This document shows, one piece after another, positions 35,838-39,623 of a stretch of DNA of 39,623 nt (the first letter of the stretch is position 1; each line of letters begins with the position of its first letter). A model generated the notes under the pieces. It saw only the letters and a program-made list of their open reading frames with translations. It made no database searches and was not told the origin of the DNA. The DNA lies in IMG/VR virus record IMGVR_UViG_3300020138_000012, positions 1-39,623 of that record; one strand, written 5' to 3'. The DNA is from a virus (taxonomy: Duplodnaviria > Caudoviricetes). Made by a program: the position numbers and the translations under genes.

Positions 35838-36067
35838 CGCAGTCCCGGAACGAACACGTAGACCCAGCAGTGACCGGCGTCCGACAGGTGCGTGCGGGCG
35901 TACGCCACGGTGCGTCGATCGCCACGGTCGAGGAACCCGACGTACAGCACATCCCCCGCGGGCAGGTGGTGCATCATCCGCCCGTGATGCGGCCCGCCGA
36001 TCAGTCGCGCCGGGAGCTCGGCCAGCGGCTCGTAGAGCCGAGTCAGGTCGTTCCACAGCTCGCTCAG
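35834..36067 (-). CDS. Hypothetical protein, about 77 aa, start uncertain (CTG?)
   Basis: Fills the gap exactly between neighbours; LIGGPHHG motif; the coupling position reads CTGA instead of ATGA/GTGA. Confidence 0.5.
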   Translation of the reverse strand: MSELWNDLTRLYEPLAELPARLIGGPHHGRMMHHLPAGDVLYVGFLDRGDRRTVAYARTHLSDAGHCWVYVFVPGLR

Positions 36068-36621
36068 ACCGTCATCGAGCGAAGCGCTTCCGTGTGGCTC
36101 GTGCGCCCCGTCCGCACCGGCATGCCGGCCGCGGCCCTGACGTAGGCGTCGTCGTTCACCCATTCGCCCTCCCTCCACACATCCTGCCCCCGCATCTTCG
36201 ACATCCCCGCGGGACGCCACCACCAGAACAGCACGACAGCCAGCCGCGGCTTCATCACGCCACGCAACGCGACCCGACGCACCCCTGACGGGTCGACCGC
36301 GGCCTGCAGGTCCACCTCGAACCCGGCGCCGCGCAACGCGTCCGCCGCGTTCGTCATCTTCCGGACCACCCACTGCTCGTCGAACGACGCCGGGCGCGCC
36401 GGGAGCTGCGGTCGCGGCAGGTCGTCGGGGGTCGGCAGGTGATACTTGCGCCGCGTCTCCCGCTCGAACCCCTCCCAGTCGCGGGCATACGTCGACCGCG
36501 CCACCGGCGGATAGTGCGGACGCCAGTAGACGTAGGGCTCCCCGGTGTACCGGTCGACACCCTCGAGCCTGGCGAACCACCGCCCGTCAGAAGCGCGCTG
36601 GTGGTAAGTGACCCGTATCAC
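36064..36621 (-). CDS. Hypothetical protein, 185 aa
   Basis: GTGA-coupled start; Trp/Arg-rich globular-looking sequence. Confidence 0.7.
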   Translation of the reverse strand: MIRVTYHQRASDGRWFARLEGVDRYTGEPYVYWRPHYPPVARSTYARDWEGFERETRRKYHLPTPDDLPRPQLPARPASFDEQWVVRKMTNAADALRGAGFEVDLQAAVDPSGVRRVALRGVMKPRLAVVLFWWWRPAGMSKMRGQDVWREGEWVNDDAYVRAAAGMPVRTGRTSHTEALRSMTV

Positions 36622-36950
36622 ATCGGCCTCGAGGTGAGTGCCCACTTCCCGCAGATCGCACAGCGGTACGGGCGCACCGGCTTGCCCTGCTCGTGGCGCT
36701 CGCCCATCTTCCGGATGCGCCGCAGCGCCGCCTCCGCCTTGCCGCGCGACGAGAACATCCGCTTGCCCGCATGCGCGATCTCGCAGGTGCGCCGCGGCTG
36801 CACCCTGGGCTTGCGCTGCCCAGGGTGTTCGACGACCTCGTGCGGGCGTCGAGCCGGGTGTATCACGCCACCTTCGCAGGCGACGTGAGCTTCGACGCCG
36901 CACGTCGGGCACGACACCTCGAGCGCCAGACGGTCGATCATGTCGGTCAC
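36618..36950 (-). CDS. Double zinc-finger protein, 110 aa
   Basis: CPTC..C..H..R and C..GKRMF..AEAAL...PYRCAICGKWALTS motifs. Confidence 0.75.
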   Translation of the reverse strand: MTDMIDRLALEVSCPTCGVEAHVACEGGVIHPARRPHEVVEHPGQRKPRVQPRRTCEIAHAGKRMFSSRGKAEAALRRIRKMGERHEQGKPVRPYRCAICGKWALTSRPM

Positions 36951-37213
36951 AACACCACCTCCCAGCAGATGAAGCCCACGATGCACGCGACGCCCGTCGC
37001 GAACAGCACTCGCGCGAGGACGACCCGAGCGGGCGAGGGCATCACGAGCTCCCGTGCGAGCTCCTGCATCGCGCGCGTGTACTCCTCCCACGACGTCACG
37101 ACGTACACCACCCTGCCTCCGGGCGGTAGGCCTGCCGGCGGCCTGACCCGCGCCACTGCGCCCGCGGTGGTCAGAAGCACGACTCCTGCGACGAGTGCGA
37201 CGTAGCGGATCAC
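36947..37213 (-). CDS. Small membrane protein, 88 aa
   Basis: Hydrophobic segments at both ends; AGGAGG RBS and GTG. Confidence 0.65.
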   Translation of the reverse strand: MIRYVALVAGVVLLTTAGAVARVRPPAGLPPGGRVVYVVTSWEEYTRAMQELARELVMPSPARVVLARVLFATGVACIVGFICWEVVL

Positions 37214-37320
37214 GGGGCCTCCTGGTCGAGCTGGTCGACCTCGCCGGTGGCGCGGATCTCCACCCGGCGCCACCCCTTAGTACGCACCCACCCCCGGTGC
37301 GTCAGGAACACGTCGATCAT
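37210..37320 (-). CDS. Small hypothetical protein, 36 aa
   Basis: MIDVFLTHRGWVRTKGW...; 4-nt overlaps at both ends. Confidence 0.6.
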   Translation of the reverse strand: MIDVFLTHRGWVRTKGWRRVEIRATGEVDQLDQEAP

Positions 37321-37700
37321 GCTGCGTCTCCGTTCGTCGGGAGGCCGGCGACGAGGGTGACGCCGCTGCCGCGCAGCGGTTCGTACTTCCCGCGCAGCTC
37401 GGCGCTCGACATCTGCGCCGGCACCTGCCCCTGCCTGCGCAGCGCCGCGCGGCGCCCGCACTCCTTCGAGATCGTGGACGGCTCCACTGCCAGGATCGTC
37501 GACAGGACCTCGGCGCCACCACGGGCGCGCTCCTTCATGCCGTCCTCGTCGATGTGCTCGACGTACCCGTCGAGCACCTTCCACGCGTCAGAGATCATGT
37601 TCCCCTCCTCCTTGCACCGTGTGCACGAGCAGGGATGCCCGTGCACCATGTCGTTGCACTCCCAGTGGTGGCCGGTCAAGCACCAGCCGCAGCTACTCAT
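37317..37700 (-). CDS. Hypothetical protein with N-terminal Cys/His-rich module, 127 aa; alternative start 37598
   Basis: ATGA-coupled start at 37700 (MSSCGWC..HHWEC..HPCSCTRC); strong internal RBS before ATG 37598. Confidence 0.65.
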   Translation of the reverse strand: MSSCGWCLTGHHWECNDMVHGHPCSCTRCKEEGNMISDAWKVLDGYVEHIDEDGMKERARGGAEVLSTILAVEPSTISKECGRRAALRRQGQVPAQMSSAELRGKYEPLRGSGVTLVAGLPTNGDAA

Positions 37701-37969
37701 CGGACCGCTGCGGCCGCTGCCTGAGCCAGGCGACGGATCATTCGCTCCGCGTCCTCGATCAGCTCGAGAACGTGAGACGGAGTCTCCGTGACCAGGACCG
37801 GGTCGACCGACGCGTCGAGGTCGACGATCGACCCGTCGAACGCGCCGGGGATGACCTCGTTCGCCCGGTTGCGCGCCGGGACCGCGCGGACCGCGACGAT
37901 CTTCGACGCGTCGATGGTGACCGGGAGGCTCGTCCCGAGCGTCCGCTGCGTCAACGTGATGAACACCAT
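37697..37969 (-). CDS. Hypothetical protein resembling the FlbD/SwrD-like fold, 90 aa
   Basis: FITLT...VTIDASKIVAV...SIVDL...VLVTETPSHVLELI pattern; GGAGG RBS. Confidence 0.6.
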   Translation of the reverse strand: MVFITLTQRTLGTSLPVTIDASKIVAVRAVPARNRANEVIPGAFDGSIVDLDASVDPVLVTETPSHVLELIEDAERMIRRLAQAAAAAVR

Positions 37970-37972
37970 GAC

Positions 37973-38260
37973 CTAGTCCTCCTCCTCGTCGTCGACCCAC
38001 ACGACGAGCTCGCCGTCGGGTCCCAGCTTGATGTGCGCCTCGAGCTCGTTCTCGTACCACCAGGCGACGGTCGACGCCTCTACGACGAATGTGCGGTCTG
38101 CCCAACCGATCGTTGCCAGGACCATGCCCAGCGCGTCCATCGCGCCGTCGCGCTCCTCGGCCCGCCGGTCCGCCAGGATCGCGCCGTACAGCGCCACGGA
38201 CACCAGGATCGCTGCGGCCACCAGGAGCACCACGACAGACGTGTGCGTTAGGACGCTCAT
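37973..38260 (-). CDS. Single-pass membrane protein, 95 aa
   Basis: Long N-terminal hydrophobic helix; ATGA coupling. Confidence 0.7.
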   Translation of the reverse strand: MSVLTHTSVVVLLVAAAILVSVALYGAILADRRAEERDGAMDALGMVLATIGWADRTFVVEASTVAWWYENELEAHIKLGPDGELVVWVDDEEED

Positions 38261-38688
38261 GGCAGCACCACGTCGTGCACGCCGGTGATGTCCTCGGCGG
38301 TGTGCAGGTAGCACCCCTTCACAGCGCGGGCCGTGATGTAGTCCGGGGACGTGGTGTACACCGACTTCCCTTGCCCGGTCGCCCCGGTGGGCGTGCGCCC
38401 CAGCACCGTCACGATCTGGTCTGGTACGCCCAGCACCGTCGCCCGGAAGCGGGTGCCAGGCTCGGTCGGGATGGGCTGCGGGGCGGGCTTGTGCTTGCGG
38501 ACGCGGTTGGACTTCGAAGCGCTCCCGTCCATGTTGCGAATCACCACGTCCGCTGCGCGCAGACACCCCCCCTCCTCGGTCACCCTGTGCCAACCGTTGG
38601 CGCTCAGCCAGAGTGCCTTCGCGCCCCAGCACACCTCGATCTTCACCAGGTCGCCGGGCTTGATCTTGCTCACGTCGATGTCAGTCAT
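38257..38688 (-). CDS. Hypothetical protein, paralog A, 143 aa
   Basis: MTDIDVSKIKPGDLVK...PIPTEPGTRFRATV; homologous to the adjacent gene. Confidence 0.8.
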   Translation of the reverse strand: MTDIDVSKIKPGDLVKIEVCWGAKALWLSANGWHRVTEEGGCLRAADVVIRNMDGSASKSNRVRKHKPAPQPIPTEPGTRFRATVLGVPDQIVTVLGRTPTGATGQGKSVYTTSPDYITARAVKGCYLHTAEDITGVHDVVLP

Positions 38689-38691
38689 GTG

Positions 38692-39093
38692 TCATGGCCT
38701 CTCGATGCAGGTGATGTTGGTGATGTCCCTAGGCCGGTGCCACATGGTGCCGCCCGCCGGGTAAGCAGTCACGTACTGCACGATGACGAACACGATGTGG
38801 TTCGGCTCGCCCCGTACGGTGGCAGTGAAGCGAGTACCGAGCTCGGTCGGGATGGGCACCGGCTGCACCTTCTGCTCCATCTCGGGTGCAGGCCGGAAGG
38901 CACGGACCCGAACACCGAGCGGGGTCCGGCCGTTGACGTGGAGGATGGTACGTCCGTTCGCGAGGAGCGCACCGAGAGCGTTGCGCCGCACGGTGTGCCA
39001 GCCCTTGACGTTCGTCCAGCCGAGATCGTTCAGGAAGACCTGGAGCTTCACCTGGTCTCCGGGCTGGATCTTGGTCACGTCGATGTCGGTCAT
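38692..39093 (-). CDS. Hypothetical protein, paralog B, 133 aa
   Basis: MTDIDVTKIQPGDQVK...PIPTELGTRFTATV; AAGGAGG RBS; ATGA coupling. Confidence 0.8.
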   Translation of the reverse strand: MTDIDVTKIQPGDQVKLQVFLNDLGWTNVKGWHTVRRNALGALLANGRTILHVNGRTPLGVRVRAFRPAPEMEQKVQPVPIPTELGTRFTATVRGEPNHIVFVIVQYVTAYPAGGTMWHRPRDITNITCIERP

Positions 39094-39623
39094 CGTTCCT
39101 CCTTCTTCTCGGTAGTCGAGTTCGCGCTCCACGATGCGACCGTCACGCGCCCGAGCTTGCGCAGCGCCTTGTACTGGTCCGTCCACAACCGCTGCGTTGC
39201 GTCGTCCACTCCCCACAGCTTCCGTCGGCGGTTCACCTCGGCCATGAGGGTGTCGAGAGTCCCCGTCCAGCAGCCCACGACGAGGACGTGCCCGTGCGCG
39301 TCCCCCGTGCGCGCGAGCGTCGCGGTGACGCCTTCGGACCCGATCGGGCCGACCGCGATCCAATGCGTCCGCGACTCCACCCGCGCCTCGCCGTACACCT
39401 GCGCGTCGCCGTACACCTGCGCGTCGCCGTACACCTGCGCGTCGCCGTACACCTGCGCGTCGCCGTACACCTGCGCGTCGCCGTACACCCGCGCCCTGCC
39501 GGACGCCCGCGCCCTGCCGTACACCCGCGCCCTGCCGGACACCTGCGCGTCGCCGTACACCCACGCCCCGTCGTACACCCGCGCCTCGTCGTACACCCGC
39601 GCCCTGCCGGACGCCTGCGCCCT
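39090..39623 (-). CDS. Hexapeptide-repeat (left-handed beta-helix-like) protein, 5'-truncated by the window edge
   Basis: V(Y/S)G(D/R)A(Q/R) repeats, then GPIGSEG...VGCWTGTL C-terminal domain; the frame stays open to the edge. Confidence 0.8.
   Translation of the reverse strand, partial: RAQASGRARVYDEARVYDGAWVYGDAQVSGRARVYGRARASGRARVYGDAQVYGDAQVYGDAQVYGDAQVYGDAQVYGEARVESRTHWIAVGPIGSEGVTATLARTGDAHGHVLVVGCWTGTLDTLMAEVNRRRKLWGVDDATQRLWTDQYKALRKLGRVTVASWSANSTTEKKEER
39390..39479. repeat. 18-bp tandem repeat, five perfect copies, degenerate copies continuing to 39623
   Basis: GCCGTACACCTGCGCGTC x5, encoding the VYGDAQ hexapeptide on the minus strand. Confidence 0.95.

Larger units (their letters stand above)
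1..39623. mobile_element. Actinobacteriophage (siphovirus-type) genome segment, incomplete at the window edges
   Basis: Canonical terminase-portal-capsid-neck-tail-TMP-lysin order, tightly coupled ATGA/GTGA gene overlaps, phage replication arm, no host housekeeping genes. Confidence 0.97.

Noticed and set aside
39390-39623. Tandem repeats as a CRISPR array
   Set aside because: Units are contiguous 18-mers with no unique spacers and encode an in-frame hexapeptide repeat

Overview
The window is most of the genome of a high-GC tailed (siphovirus-type) phage. The host is most likely an actinobacterium, inferred from the WhiB gene, the EEPPF SSB tail and the actinophage-type terminase, exonuclease and methylase. 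1-347 is a non-coding, AT-richer repeat region that looks like a replication origin. It lies directly downstream of a leftward Prim-Pol/helicase gene and an HTH gene (348-3133). The rightward block 3300-28532 holds packaging, head, neck and tail genes (with a -1 frameshifted tail chaperone and a 1532-aa tape measure), a lysis cassette, and then an extra four-gene beta-rich cassette (25427-28532). A leftward arm (28529-39623) encodes Endo VII, WhiB, SSB, a C5 DNA methyltransferase, a PD-(D/E)xK exonuclease, an HNH endonuclease and many small hypothetical proteins, with one small rightward ribbon-helix-helix gene missing from the ORF track. I see no integrase, repressor, tRNA or CRISPR array. 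The most interesting candidate system is the post-lysis cassette, whose proteins share short repeated beta-strand motifs that suggest a modular, scaffold-docked glycan-binding or glycan-degrading appendage. All functional calls come from motif recognition and synteny by eye; no database searches were run.
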